DNA of 62,480 nt, counting the filler. It is 3 parts of 3 records of this genome, joined end to end, with 100 filler letters (N's around TTAATTAATTAA, not from the genome) between each part and the next. Parts side by side here need not be neighbours in the genome. Positions count along the whole stretch, not along the records: positions 1 to 27,653 come from DRR378314_126; 2 more parts are not named here. One strand, 5' to 3'. Within the stretch, counting starts at the first letter, position 1, and each line of letters begins with the position of its first letter. The translations under genes were made by a program, and so were the position numbers. A model generated the notes under the pieces. The model did not search any database. It saw nothing but the letters and a program-made list of their open reading frames with translations, and was not told where the DNA came from. This document shows positions 1 to 9,671 of this stretch, piece by piece.

Positions 1-1
1 A

Positions 2-451
2 CCGGAGCCTGAGCCCGAACCGGAGCCGGAAACCGAACCGGCGGCGCCCGCACAGCAGCAGGACACCGAAACCCGCACCGCCGACCAGTCCCAGCAGCAA
101 CCCCAGGGCCAGAAAGGCATGGCCGGCGACCCCGGCGAGGGCGTGCGTAAAAGCGGCGACCACGACAACCTGCTGGATCGCTATCTGGGCAAGGTCCGCG
201 ACACCATCGAATACAACAAGGAATACCCGGCTCGGGCGCGGATGCGCCGCCAGCAGGGCGTGGTGGAAGTGGAATTCTTTCTCGACAGCGAGGGCCGTGC
301 CCAGGATGTGAACCTGAAGAGCAGCTCCGACAGCCGCATCCTCGACCAGCAGTCCTTGGAACTGGTGCGCCGGCTGCGCTTCCCGGAACCGCCCTCGGAA
401 TTGGCTTCGGAACTGATTAAAGTGACCGTACCGATTCGCTACAGCCTGTAG
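2..451 (+). CDS. tonB: Energy transducer TonB, C-terminal part (5' truncated by the window)
   Basis: In-frame Pro-Glu repeat PEPEPEPEPETEP from base 2, followed by a TonB_C-type motif (YPARARMRRQQGVVEVEF...SSDSRILDQQSL...VPIRYSL). Confidence 0.8.
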   Translation, partial: PEPEPEPEPETEPAAPAQQQDTETRTADQSQQQPQGQKGMAGDPGEGVRKSGDHDNLLDRYLGKVRDTIEYNKEYPARARMRRQQGVVEVEFFLDSEGRAQDVNLKSSSDSRILDQQSLELVRRLRFPEPPSELASELIKVTVPIRYSL

Positions 452-463
452 CCCGGCGCGGGG

Positions 464-1078
464 TCACTCGCCCCAGCGCTTGACCAGGGTCTGCTCGACG
501 CCGAGCTGGTCGAGAATCCGCGCCACCACGAAGTCGATCAGATCGTCGACGCTTTGCGGACGGTGATAGAACCCGGGCGCCGCCGGCAGGATGGTGACGC
601 CCAGACGGGCCAGCTTGAGCATGTTTTCCAGATGAATCGCCGAGAACGGGCTTTCCCGGGGCACCAGAATCAGCTGGCGGCGTTCCTTGAGGGCCACGTC
701 CGCGGCGCGCTCGATCAGGTTGTCACTGGCGCCACTGGCGATCGCCGACAGGGTGCCGGTGGAACAGGGGCACACCACCATCGACGCCGGCGCGCCGGAG
801 CCCGAGGCCACCGGCGCGGTCCACTGTTCCAGGCCGCACACGGTGAGCGCGCCCTGGTCAGTGTCGGCGTACTCGCGCAATACGGTTTCCGCCTTGCCGG
901 TGCCGGCGGGCAGGCTGAGATCGGTCTCCATGCCGATCACCACCCGCGCCGCCTTGGACAGGATCACGAACACCTCGCAGTCCGCCCTCAGCAGACACTG
1001 CAGTAACCGCAACCCGTAAGGGGCGCCGGAGGCGCCGGTAAACGCCAGGGTGACACGCTGGCGTGTGCTATCCGTCAT
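464..1078 (-). CDS. ubiX: Flavin prenyltransferase UbiX
   Basis: [38 protein letters not shown] and PAAPGFYH motifs. ATG at 1078 follows a GGGAG RBS and overlaps the mpl stop. Confidence 0.95.
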   Translation of the reverse strand: MTDSTRQRVTLAFTGASGAPYGLRLLQCLLRADCEVFVILSKAARVVIGMETDLSLPAGTGKAETVLREYADTDQGALTVCGLEQWTAPVASGSGAPASMVVCPCSTGTLSAIASGASDNLIERAADVALKERRQLILVPRESPFSAIHLENMLKLARLGVTILPAAPGFYHRPQSVDDLIDFVVARILDQLGVEQTLVKRWGE

Positions 1079-2450
1079 GGGTTTCACTCCCTTGAGGCAA
1101 ACGCTGTCGCAGCGCCGCCAGCAGTTTTTCGTGCACGCCGCCGAAGCCGCCGTTGCTCATGATGACCACGTTGAGGGGCCCGGGCTGGGCCGCCACCGAC
1201 GCCACCAGGGCGTCCAGGTCGGTTTCCACCCGCGCCGGCACCGGCGACTCGGCGACCACCGCGTCCAGGGACCATTCCAGCCCCGGCGGCTGATACCAGA
1301 TGACCTGATCCGCGTCCCGGGCACTGGCCGCCAGGGCCTCACGGTGGCGGCCCAGACGCATGGTGTTGGAACGGGGCTCGATCACCGCCAGCACCTGTTC
1401 GTCGCCCACCCGACGGCGCAGGCCGTCCAGGGTGGTGGCGATGGCCGTAGGGTGGTGGGCGAAGTCGTCGTAGACGCGCACGCCGTCCACCTCGCCGCGC
1501 AGCTCCATGCGGCGCTTCACGCCCTGGAAGCGGCCCAGGGCGGCGGCACCGTCTTCCAGGGTGACGCCCACATGGCGCGCCGCCAACAGCGCCGCCATGG
1601 CGTTATTGACGTTATGGCGGCCGGTGAGCGACCAGTCCACCACGGCGATGTCTGTCCCCTTTTCCGTCACCGTGAAGCGGGAGCCGTCCGGACGTTCCAG
1701 CCGGTAGCCCGGGTCGGCCTGCTCGCCGAACCGCTCCACCTCGCTCCAGCAGCCCCGCGCCAGGGTTTCCTCCAGAGCGGCTTCGCCGTGGGGCAGAATC
1801 ACCCGGCCCAGGGACGGCACGGTGCGCAGCAGATGGTGAAACTGGGTCTGGATGGCGGCCAGGTCCGGAAAGATATCCGCGTGGTCGAACTCGAGATTGT
1901 TGAGCACCACGGTGCGCGGCCGGTAGTGCACGAACTTGCTGCGCTTGTCGAAAAAGGCGGTGTCGTACTCGTCCGCTTCGACCACGAAAAACGGCGTGCC
2001 GCCGAGCCGCGCGGAGACGCCGAAATTACCGGGCACGCCGCCGATCAGATAGCCGGGATCGAGGCCCGCGTCTTCCAGAATCCAGGCCAGCATGGAGGCG
2101 GTGGTGGTCTTGCCGTGGGTGCCCGCCACCGCCAGCACCCAGCGGCCGGGCAGCACCACCTCGGCGAGCAACTGGGCGCCGGAGGTATAGGGCATGCCCT
2201 GGTCCAGCACATGCTCCACCGCCGGGTTGCCCCGGCTCAGGGCGTTGCCGATCACCACCAGGTCCGGGGCCGGCTCCAGCTGAGCGGGGTCATAGCCCTG
2301 GATCAGCTCGATGCCGGCGGCGCTGAGCTGATCGCTCATCGGCGGGTAGACGTTCTGGTCGGAGCCGGTGACCCGGTGCCCCTGGGCCCGGACCAGCTGC
2401 GCCAGCGACCCCATGAAGGTGCCGCAGACGCCGAGAATATGGATGTGCAT
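1068..2450 (-). CDS. mpl: Murein peptide ligase Mpl
   Basis: [49 protein letters not shown] and EPRSNTM motifs. Confidence 0.97.
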   Translation of the reverse strand: MHIHILGVCGTFMGSLAQLVRAQGHRVTGSDQNVYPPMSDQLSAAGIELIQGYDPAQLEPAPDLVVIGNALSRGNPAVEHVLDQGMPYTSGAQLLAEVVLPGRWVLAVAGTHGKTTTASMLAWILEDAGLDPGYLIGGVPGNFGVSARLGGTPFFVVEADEYDTAFFDKRSKFVHYRPRTVVLNNLEFDHADIFPDLAAIQTQFHHLLRTVPSLGRVILPHGEAALEETLARGCWSEVERFGEQADPGYRLERPDGSRFTVTEKGTDIAVVDWSLTGRHNVNNAMAALLAARHVGVTLEDGAAALGRFQGVKRRMELRGEVDGVRVYDDFAHHPTAIATTLDGLRRRVGDEQVLAVIEPRSNTMRLGRHREALAASARDADQVIWYQPPGLEWSLDAVVAESPVPARVETDLDALVASVAAQPGPLNVVIMSNGGFGGVHEKLLAALRQRLPQGSETHDG

Positions 2451-2490
2451 GGAAGACCTCGAAGAAACTCAGAACGCAGGATACAACATC

Positions 2491-2567
2491 GGCCTCAGGC
2501 CACAAGCCGGCCGGCCGCCGGCGCCGCTGTTTTTGAGCTTGAAGCCTGCCGCGTGAAGCCTGAAGCT
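2491..2567. repeat. Degenerate inverted 7-bp tandem array in the mpl/maoC divergent intergenic region
   Basis: GCTTGAA GCCTGCC GCGTGAA GCCTGAA (2537-2564) faces GGCCTCA GGCCACA AGCCGGC (2491-2511), which is loosely its reverse complement. Confidence 0.5.
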
Positions 2568-2600
2568 ATCTCTTTTTTTGAATCGTTCGAGGAGAGACCA

Positions 2601-3059
2601 ATGCTGACAATCAACGGCCCGGAAGAGCTGAAAAGCTGGGAAGGCAAGGAACTGGGCGTCACCGAATGGATGACGGTGAGCCAGGAGCGCATCAACCAGT
2701 TCGCCGACGCCACCGGCGACCACCAGTGGATTCACGTGGACGTGGAACGCGCCAAGAAGGAATCGCCCATGGGCGGCCCCATCGCCCACGGCTACCTGAC
2801 CCTGTCACTGATCCCCATGTTCAAGGACGAGATCTACACCGTGGAAGGCGCCAAGGCGGGCCTTAACTACGGCCTTAACAGCTGCCGCTTTCTGACCCCG
2901 GTCCCCGCCGGCGGCCGTGTGCGCGGACGCTTCGTGATGAAATCCGTGGCCGCCAAGGGCGAAGGCCGCTACCTGCTCTGCAACGAAGTCACCATCGAAC
3001 TGGAAGGCAGCGACAAACCCGCCTGCGTCGCCGAAAGCCTCGGGATGGTGCTTTTTTAG
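2601..3059 (+). CDS. MaoC-family (hotdog fold) dehydratase / R-enoyl-CoA hydratase
   Basis: FADATGDHQWIHVD...PIAHGYLTLSL and NYGLN motifs. GAGGAG RBS before ATG 2601. The upstream part of the 669-aa ORF is an antisense shadow of mpl. Confidence 0.9.
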   Translation: MLTINGPEELKSWEGKELGVTEWMTVSQERINQFADATGDHQWIHVDVERAKKESPMGGPIAHGYLTLSLIPMFKDEIYTVEGAKAGLNYGLNSCRFLTPVPAGGRVRGRFVMKSVAAKGEGRYLLCNEVTIELEGSDKPACVAESLGMVLF

Positions 3060-3225
3060 TTAATGGTTAACAGTGAATAGTTAACAGCGACGCGGGCAAA
3101 GCCCGTGGAGCCCGAAACGCAAGAGGCCGCGCCCAACCCACGGGCGCGGCCTCTTTGCTTCCAACCCGGCACATAACCGTACCGCGCGCTATTAACTGTT
3201 AACTGTTCACTATTAACTGTTAACT
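3058..3225. repeat. Inverted AT-rich heptamer arrays flanking a GC-rich hairpin
   Basis: Left arm AGTTAAT GGTTAAC AGTGAAT AGTTAAC (3058-3085); right arm ATTAACT GTTAACT GTTCACT ATTAACT GTTAACT (3191-3225), the reverse complement of the same unit. Confidence 0.9.
3121..3155. terminator. Probable bidirectional intrinsic terminator between convergent maoC and fmdB
   Basis: 14-bp stem AAGAGGCCGCGCCC / GGGCGCGGCCTCTT with a 7-nt loop. Confidence 0.75.
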
Positions 3226-3228
3226 GAA

Positions 3229-3561
3229 TCAGTGGCTAATCATCCAGGGCCGCGCCGACGGAAACATCTTATTGCCTTCGGCGGTGTAGAAGACCTTGGG
3301 TTTGTGGCGTTCGTGGTGGCAGCAGCCCTGCTCCTTTTCCGAGTGCTGGTTGCCGCGCCGGGGTTCGTGGCGGGCCCGTTCGTTGCGCTCGAAGGCCGAG
3401 CGCCGTTCCGGGGCCATGTCCAGTACCTCCGGGGCGACCAGGATCACCCGCGCGGACAGCACGCCGCAGGTGGGGCAGGGGCAGGTTTCCCCGGACGCCT
3501 GCACCGGCACCAGCTCGTGGAACAGGCCGTGCTCGGTGCATTTATAGTCGTACAACGGCAT
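3229..3561 (-). CDS. fmdB: FmdB-family zinc-ribbon protein
   Basis: MPLYDYKCxxHG...CPxCG zinc ribbon and C-terminal FPSARPWMISH. Directly downstream of the formamidase. Confidence 0.88.
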   Translation of the reverse strand: MPLYDYKCTEHGLFHELVPVQASGETCPCPTCGVLSARVILVAPEVLDMAPERRSAFERNERARHEPRRGNQHSEKEQGCCHHERHKPKVFYTAEGNKMFPSARPWMISH

Positions 3562-3575
3562 GGTGGCGCCCTCCC

Positions 3576-4805
3576 CTATTTATCCTTGGCCAGCGGCACG
3601 TCGGTGCTGCCGGCGACGCTGTGTTGCGGGCCGTCGACACCGGGCTTGAGATCGAAGTCGAAGATGTCGGTGGGCAGCCATAATGTGGCGCAGGCGTTGG
3701 GCACGTCCACCACCCCGCTGATGTGGCCCTGCACCGGCGCGCAGCCGAGCAGCGAGTAGGCCTGGGCGCCGGTATAGCCGAACTTCTTCAGGTACTCGAT
3801 GGCGTTCAGGCAGGCCTGGCGGTAGGCGATGTGCACGTCCAGATAGTGCTGCTTGCCCTGTTCGTCCACGGAGATGCCTTCGAAGATCAGGTAGTCGTCG
3901 TACTTGGGCGCGATCTTGCTGGGTTTGAAGATCGGGTTCTTGATCGCGTACTTCTCCATGCCGCCTTTGATCAGGTTGACGCGCATGTGAATCCAGCCGG
4001 CCATTTCGATGGCGCCGCAGAAGGTGATCTCGCCGTCGCCCTGGCTGAAGTGCAGGTCGCCCACGGACAGGCCGGCGTCTTTCACATACACCGGGAAGTA
4101 GATCTGCGAACCGCGTGACAGGTCCTTGATGTCGCAGTTACCGCCGTGCTCGCGGGGCGGCACGGTGCGCGCGCCCTCGGCGGCGGCCGCCGCTTTCTCG
4201 CTGCCCTTGAGTTTGCCCATATGGGCGGTGTCGGCGAACGGCAGGTTGACCAAACCGGGCACGCGATCCGGCTCGGTGTCGTAGAGTTCTTTTTCGCGGC
4301 TGTTCCACTCGTTGAGCATGTCCTTGGACGGCAGGCAACCGATCAGCCCCGGGTGAATCAGGCCGGCGAACTCCACGCCGGGAATATGCCGCGACTTGGT
4401 GAACATGCCGTTGAAGTCCCAGATGGTTTTCTGCGCTTCCGGGAAATGCTCGGTGAGAAAGCCGCCGCCGTTCTGCTTCGAGAAGAAGCCGTTGAAGCCC
4501 CACTGGCTTTCCTCGAAGGTGCCGATGTCGAGGATATCGACCACCAGCAGGTCGCCGGGCTCGGCGCCTTCCACGCCCACCGGGCCGGACAGGAAATGCA
4601 CCTGGGTGAGGTCCACGTCGCGCACGTCCTCGGCGTTGTCGTCGTTATGGATCTGGCCGCCGGTCCAGTCGTGGCATTCAACGATGAAGTCGTCGCCGGG
4701 CTTCACCATCGCCGCCATGGGAATGTCGGGATGCCAGCGGTTGTGCACCATATCGTTGTCGTAGGGCGAAGTGTCGAGATCGATTTTAATGATGGTCTCA
4801 GCCAT
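3576..4805 (-). CDS. fmdA: Formamidase (FmdA/AmdA acetamidase-formamidase family)
   Basis: HNRWHPDIP, DWTGGQI, HFLSGP, RTVPPREHGGNCDIK and GDLHFSQGDGEITFCGAIEM motifs. GGAGG RBS before ATG 4805. Confidence 0.95.
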   Translation of the reverse strand: MAETIIKIDLDTSPYDNDMVHNRWHPDIPMAAMVKPGDDFIVECHDWTGGQIHNDDNAEDVRDVDLTQVHFLSGPVGVEGAEPGDLLVVDILDIGTFEESQWGFNGFFSKQNGGGFLTEHFPEAQKTIWDFNGMFTKSRHIPGVEFAGLIHPGLIGCLPSKDMLNEWNSREKELYDTEPDRVPGLVNLPFADTAHMGKLKGSEKAAAAAEGARTVPPREHGGNCDIKDLSRGSQIYFPVYVKDAGLSVGDLHFSQGDGEITFCGAIEMAGWIHMRVNLIKGGMEKYAIKNPIFKPSKIAPKYDDYLIFEGISVDEQGKQHYLDVHIAYRQACLNAIEYLKKFGYTGAQAYSLLGCAPVQGHISGVVDVPNACATLWLPTDIFDFDLKPGVDGPQHSVAGSTDVPLAKDK

Positions 4806-4904
4806 GGTGTCGGTTCCTCCAGTTTTTCGGGCAAGCGTGATTCCGTGGGTTTCAATATCGGTGATCGGCGCACCGCTCACCATTCGCGAAAAGGCCCCGG
4901 CGAC

Positions 4905-4920
4905 TACGTCAGATGACGTA
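4905..4920. promoter_or_regulatory. Perfect 7-2-7 palindrome TACGTCA-GA-TGACGTA upstream of fmdA (putative response-regulator operator)
   Basis: Seen directly. A near-identical copy lies at 12037-12052 upstream of urtA, at the same spacing to a -10-like hexamer. Confidence 0.7.
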
Positions 4921-4929
4921 TTGCCCGGC

Positions 4930-5973
4930 TCAGCGGTTCACCGGCACCACGCTCAGCCGGTCGCCGTCGAGCAGCGCCAGAAAGGTGTCGTCGGCGCGGC
5001 GTTCCAGCAGGGCCCGGGCGAGCGCCGGTTCCAGCTCGGCGCGCAGGCGGCGGGCCAGATCCCGGGCGCCGAAGCGGTCGTCGTGGGCGCGGCAGAGAAA
5101 CTGGCGCGCGCCGTTGTCCAGCTCCAGGCGGGCGCGGCGCCGCGCCAGACGCTGGTTGAGTTTGCCCAGCTCGATGTCCAGCAGGGTGTCCAGCCAGGCG
5201 GCATCAAGCCGCTGAAACGGCAGCACCCGGTCGATGCGGTTGATGAATTCCGGGTCGAAGCGGCGATGCAGGGCGCGCTCCAGAACCCGGCCCTCATGGC
5301 GTGGCGACAGCCCCAGCCAGTGCCGCCAGCCGTGCCGGAAACGGGCGCGGTAATCGCCGGCCTCGCGGGCGCCCACATTGCTGGTCATGAAAATCAGGGT
5401 GTTGCGGAAATCGATGCTGCGGGTGCCGCCGGACAGCAGCAGCCGGCCGCTTTCCAGCACATTGAGCAGCGAACGGATCACTTCGGTGCTGGCTTTTTCC
5501 AGTTCGTCGAACAGCACGATGCCGGGCTTGCTGAAACTGCCCTGGATCAGATCCACATCAAACAGGGTGTGGCCTTCCTTGCTGCCCACATAGCCCGGCG
5601 GCGCGCCGGTGAGCGCGGCGGCGTAGTGCTCCTGGGCCAGGGTGTTCATATCGATGCGGCAGAAGCCGTCCGCGCGGCCGTGGATCGCTTCGCTGATCAG
5701 CCGCACGGTTTCGGTTTTACCCACCCCGGTGGGGCCCATGAACAGATTCACCGCCAGCGGCCGGTGCGGGTCGCCGATGTCCGCCTTGACCACGCGCAGC
5801 ATGTCTTCCATGGCGTCGAGCACCGGCGCCTGACCGACAATGCGGGCACGCAAGCGCGCCATCACGGCCTCCGGCTCGAACACAAAGCGCGGTGCCCGCT
5901 CCGGCCGGCTGGCCCGTTCTTCCCGGGCCAGCCGTTCCTGATTCTCCTGCAGGCGGTCATTGATAAAGGGCAT
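4930..5973 (-). CDS. amiB: AmiB-like single-domain Clp-type AAA+ ATPase
   Basis: Walker A GPTGVGKT, Walker B LFDELE, GAPPGYVG pore loop and FDPEFINRID (ClpB D2-like). Follows amiE as in the Pseudomonas amiEB arrangement. Alternative start at 5988. Confidence 0.85.
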   Translation of the reverse strand: MPFINDRLQENQERLAREERASRPERAPRFVFEPEAVMARLRARIVGQAPVLDAMEDMLRVVKADIGDPHRPLAVNLFMGPTGVGKTETVRLISEAIHGRADGFCRIDMNTLAQEHYAAALTGAPPGYVGSKEGHTLFDVDLIQGSFSKPGIVLFDELEKASTEVIRSLLNVLESGRLLLSGGTRSIDFRNTLIFMTSNVGAREAGDYRARFRHGWRHWLGLSPRHEGRVLERALHRRFDPEFINRIDRVLPFQRLDAAWLDTLLDIELGKLNQRLARRRARLELDNGARQFLCRAHDDRFGARDLARRLRAELEPALARALLERRADDTFLALLDGDRLSVVPVNR

Positions 5974-5980
5974 GGCGGCC

Positions 5981-7021
5981 TCAGGCATTTTTCTCTTTAC
6001 CGTCCACCGGCAGGTCCTTCACCGGACAGTCCGCCACGCCCACCGTGGAGCGGGTCATGGCTTCCACGTTTTCCTGGGCTTTCTGCGCGTCCATGACCCA
6101 GGTGCGGTAGAACTCGAACGGGCAGTCCGCGATGCCCTTGTCGCCGTCGCCGGAATCGTGGATGCCGGTGTAGCCCCGGTGCAGCAGCTTGAACAGGTGG
6201 TTTTGGGACTGGTCGTTGGCGCGCGCGTCGCGGATCTGGCTGATCGAGAGCTGGGCGTACTGAATGCCCATTTCCTCTTCGCCGCATTCGCCGAGCGTGC
6301 GGCCGTCGAAGCCGATAATCGCCGAATGGCCGAAGTAGGAGTAGACGCCGTCGAAGCCGGCGGCGTTGGCCACCGCCACATAGCAGTTGTTGGCCCAGGC
6401 CATGCTTTTGGACATCATCACCTGCTGCTCCTTGGCCGGGTACATATAGCCCTGGCAGCGCACGATCAGCTCGGCGCCCTTCATGGCGCAGTCGCGCCAG
6501 ATCTCCGGGTAGTTGCCGTCATCGCAGATGATCAGGCTGAGCTTCATGCCTTTGGGGCCTTCGGTGACATAGGTGGTGTCGCCGGGGTACCAGCCTTCAA
6601 TCGGGCACCAGGGAATGCACTTGCGGTACTTCTGCACCACTTCGCCCTGGTCGTTGATCAGAATCAGAGTGTTGTAGGGGGATTTGTGCGGGTGCTCCTC
6701 GTGGCGTTCGCCGGTGAGGGAGAATACGCCCCAGGTTTTCGCTTCCCGGCAGGCGGCGGAAAAAATGGCGGTCTCGTCACCGGGCACGGTGGCGGCGGTG
6801 TCCATCATTTCATCCGGGTCGTACATGATGCCCATGGTGCTGTATTCCGGGAACACCACCAGGTCCATGCCCGGCAGGCCCACCTTCATGCCCTTGATCA
6901 TCTCGGCGATGGCGCGGGCATTATCGAGCACCTCGGCGCGGCTGTGCAGGCGCGGCATCTTATAGTTGACCACCGCCACCCCGACGGTATCGCTGCTGCT
7001 GGAAATATCACCGTGTCGCAT
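5981..7021 (-). CDS. amiE: Aliphatic amidase (nitrilase superfamily)
   Basis: [26 protein letters not shown] N-terminus, [18 protein letters not shown] and [14 protein letters not shown] catalytic E-K-C motifs; 346 aa. Confidence 0.97.
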   Translation of the reverse strand: MRHGDISSSSDTVGVAVVNYKMPRLHSRAEVLDNARAIAEMIKGMKVGLPGMDLVVFPEYSTMGIMYDPDEMMDTAATVPGDETAIFSAACREAKTWGVFSLTGERHEEHPHKSPYNTLILINDQGEVVQKYRKCIPWCPIEGWYPGDTTYVTEGPKGMKLSLIICDDGNYPEIWRDCAMKGAELIVRCQGYMYPAKEQQVMMSKSMAWANNCYVAVANAAGFDGVYSYFGHSAIIGFDGRTLGECGEEEMGIQYAQLSISQIRDARANDQSQNHLFKLLHRGYTGIHDSGDGDKGIADCPFEFYRTWVMDAQKAQENVEAMTRSTVGVADCPVKDLPVDGKEKNA

Positions 7022-7051
7022 AACTTGGCTCCTCGCTTTTGTTGAGCGGAT

Positions 7052-7741
7052 TCAGACCGCCAGATAGCTGGCGATCTTGTTCTGGTCGGCGTCCTCTTTG
7101 TCTTCCTGGTGAACGATGTCGCCTTTCTCGATCACCAGAATCCGGTCGGCGATCTCCATCACGAAGCTGAGCACCTGCTCGGACACCACGATGGACAGGC
7201 CGCGCTCGTCGCGGATACGTTTCAGGGTGCGCGCCATCTCCTGGATGATGGAGGGCTGGATGCCTTCGGTGGGCTCGTCCAGCAGCAGCACCTTGGGGCG
7301 CGTGGCCAGTGCCCGCGCGATCGCCAGTTGCTGCTGCTGACCGCCGGACAGGTTGCCGCCGCGCCGGTGCTGCATTTCTTCCAGCACCGGAAACAGCTCA
7401 TAGAGGTCGCGCGGCACTTTCTTCTCGCCCACCGCCGCCAGGCCGGTCTCGATGTTTTCGCGCACCGTGAGGGCGGGGAAAATCATTCGCCCCTGGGGCA
7501 CGAAACCGAGCCCGGCGCGCACCCGCTGAAAGCTTTTCATGGCGCTGAGGTCGGTGTGGTTCAGGGACACGCTGCCGGCACGGCTGGGGGTCATGCCGAT
7601 CAGGGATTTCATCAGCGTGGTCTTGCCCATGCCGTTGCGCCCCACCACCGCGACGATCTCGTTGTCGTTCACGTCCAGATTCAGATCGCGGATGATGGTG
7701 CTCTGGCCGTAGGCCACGGAGTGATTCGATACTTTCAGCAT
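7052..7741 (-). CDS. urtE: Urea/short-chain amide ABC transporter ATPase
   Basis: GRNGMGKTT, VPQGRMIF, LSGGQQQQLAIARAL and LLLDEPTEGIQPSII motifs. Confidence 0.92.
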   Translation of the reverse strand: MLKVSNHSVAYGQSTIIRDLNLDVNDNEIVAVVGRNGMGKTTLMKSLIGMTPSRAGSVSLNHTDLSAMKSFQRVRAGLGFVPQGRMIFPALTVRENIETGLAAVGEKKVPRDLYELFPVLEEMQHRRGGNLSGGQQQQLAIARALATRPKVLLLDEPTEGIQPSIIQEMARTLKRIRDERGLSIVVSEQVLSFVMEIADRILVIEKGDIVHQEDKEDADQNKIASYLAV

Positions 7742-7743
7742 GA

Positions 7744-8493
7744 TCAGTGCCCCAGGTAGACTTCGATGACTTTCGGGTCCTGCTTGACGTGTTCGATGGA
7801 CCCTTCGGAGAGCACCTTGCCCTGGTGCATGACGGTGACCCGGTCGGCGATGTCGCCGACGAACTGCATGTCGTGCTCGATCACCAACACCGTATGATCG
7901 CGGGTGATCACACGCAGCAGCTCGGCGGTCTTCTTGCGTTCCGCCACCGACATGCCCGCCACCGGCTCATCGAGCATCAGCAGGTCCGGCTTCTGAATCA
8001 GCAACATGCCGATCTCCAGCCACTGCTTCTGGCCGTGGCTGAGCAGCCCGGCGGGCTCGTTGAGCTGGTCGCTCAGGAAGATGGTTTCAGCGATGCTTTC
8101 CACCGCTTCGACCACCGCCGCGTCCCGTTTGAACGCCAGCGCCCCCATCACCGTGTGGCCCTGCGGGTAGGAGACCTCCAGGTTCTCGAACACGGTCAGG
8201 TCCTCGAACACCGAAGGGTTCTGGAACTTGCGGCCCACCCCGGCGTGCACGATCTGGTGCTCCTTCATCTTGGTGAGCTCCTTGCCGCCGAAGCGTATCG
8301 AGCCCGCGGTGGCGCGGGTTTTGCCGCAGATCAGATCCAGCACCGTGGTTTTGCCGGCGCCGTTGGGGCCGATGATCACGCGGATCTCCTTGGGGTCGAG
8401 ATAGAAGGACAGGTCGTCCACCGCCTTGAAGCCGTCGAACGACACCGTCAGACCTTCCACGGCGAGCAGGAAGTTTTCCTTTTGTGCATTCAT
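7744..8493 (-). CDS. urtD: Urea/short-chain amide ABC transporter ATPase
   Basis: VSFDGFKAV, GPNGAGKTT, GRKFQNP, LSHGQKQWLEIGM and LDEPVAGM motifs. Confidence 0.92.
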   Translation of the reverse strand: MNAQKENFLLAVEGLTVSFDGFKAVDDLSFYLDPKEIRVIIGPNGAGKTTVLDLICGKTRATAGSIRFGGKELTKMKEHQIVHAGVGRKFQNPSVFEDLTVFENLEVSYPQGHTVMGALAFKRDAAVVEAVESIAETIFLSDQLNEPAGLLSHGQKQWLEIGMLLIQKPDLLMLDEPVAGMSVAERKKTAELLRVITRDHTVLVIEHDMQFVGDIADRVTVMHQGKVLSEGSIEHVKQDPKVIEVYLGH

Positions 8494-9665
8494 CAGGGTT
8501 TCTCCGCGCTGAGTTGATCGGACACCACCGGCGGCGCCTGCGGTGCGGGCTTGTCCTTGTCCAGGTACTTGCCGATCACCGGCAGGCGTTTTTCCAGCGG
8601 CATGATGTAGCGCTCATAGAGCCCGGCCAGACCGTTGGGGAAGGCCAGCACCACACCGATAAACAGCGCCCCCATGGCGTAGGGCCAGAGTTCCGGGAAG
8701 GATTCGGAGAAGCCGCTCTTGGCCGCGTTCACCAGCAAGGCGCCGTAGACACCGCCAAGCAGGGAGTAACGGCCGCCCAGCGCGCAGAACACCACCATCT
8801 CGATGGACGGCACGATGCCCACGAACGACGGCGACATGAAGCCCACCTGCAGGGTGAACAGCGCCCCGCCGATGCCCGCCAGGCCCGCCGCAAGACAGAA
8901 CACGAACACTTTGAAGGAGGCCACGTCGTAACCGGAGAAGCGCACCCGGTTTTCCTGGTCGCGCATCGCCACCAGAATCCGCCCCAGCTTGGCGTTCTGC
9001 ACATGGCGCGCGACCAGCAGGCTGAGGAACAACAGCCCGACGCAGACGAAGTAGAGCGTGGTCTTGGCCATGTCGGTGCGGATATTCCAGCCCATCAGGG
9101 TTTGCAGGTCGGTGATGCCGTTGACGCCGCCGGTGAGCCCCTGCTGGCCGATGATAAGAATGGTCAGAATGGCGGCGATGGCCTGGGTGATAATGGCGAA
9201 GTAAACGCCGCCCACGCGCCGCTTGAACATGGCCACGCCGATGATGAAGGCGAGTAAGACCGGTACCGCGATCACCGCGATCAGGGTGAACGAGAAGCTG
9301 TGGAACGGCTGCCAGAACCCCGGAAGCTCAGTGATCTGGTTCCAGTCCATGAAATCCGGAATGCCCGGCGTGGACTGGTTCTTGGTGGCCTCCGGCGTGG
9401 ACGCCTCCAGTTTCAGAAACATGGCCATGCAGTAGCCACCCAGGCCGAAGAACACGCCCTGGCCGAGGCTGAGAATGCCGGCCTTGCCCCAGCACATCAC
9501 CAGGCCGATGGCGGCGAAGGCGTAGGTGAGATACTTGCCCACCATGTTGAGTCGGAAGGGATCGAGCAGCAGCGGCAGCACCACCACCAGCAGCAAGGCC
9601 AGCAGCAGGTAGTAGATCCCTTCCCGGGAGGTCAGCCATTGAAGGGGAGAGTTGGTTTTCATCAC
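8493..9665 (-). CDS. urtC: Urea/short-chain amide ABC transporter permease
   Basis: GILSLGQGVFFGLGGYCMAMFLKLE, PGIPDFMDW, GVYFAIITQA and ENRVRFSGYD motifs; multi-TM. Start is 9665 (GTG) or 9662 (ATG). Confidence 0.9.
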   Translation of the reverse strand: MMKTNSPLQWLTSREGIYYLLLALLLVVVLPLLLDPFRLNMVGKYLTYAFAAIGLVMCWGKAGILSLGQGVFFGLGGYCMAMFLKLEASTPEATKNQSTPGIPDFMDWNQITELPGFWQPFHSFSFTLIAVIAVPVLLAFIIGVAMFKRRVGGVYFAIITQAIAAILTILIIGQQGLTGGVNGITDLQTLMGWNIRTDMAKTTLYFVCVGLLFLSLLVARHVQNAKLGRILVAMRDQENRVRFSGYDVASFKVFVFCLAAGLAGIGGALFTLQVGFMSPSFVGIVPSIEMVVFCALGGRYSLLGGVYGALLVNAAKSGFSESFPELWPYAMGALFIGVVLAFPNGLAGLYERYIMPLEKRLPVIGKYLDKDKPAPQAPPVVSDQLSAEKP

Positions 9666-9671
9666 GGACTC

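Noticed and set aside
1050-2600. 669-aa ORF suggesting a large MaoC fusion
   Set aside because: The N-terminal part is the antisense shadow of mpl; the real gene starts at ATG 2601 with its own RBS.
3058-3225. Possible CRISPR array
   Set aside because: Units are 7-bp tandem repeats without spacers, and there are no cas genes in the window.
4930-5973. Truncated clpB pseudogene
   Set aside because: An intact ORF with RBS in the amiE-amiB arrangement; AmiB is naturally a single-AAA-domain protein.
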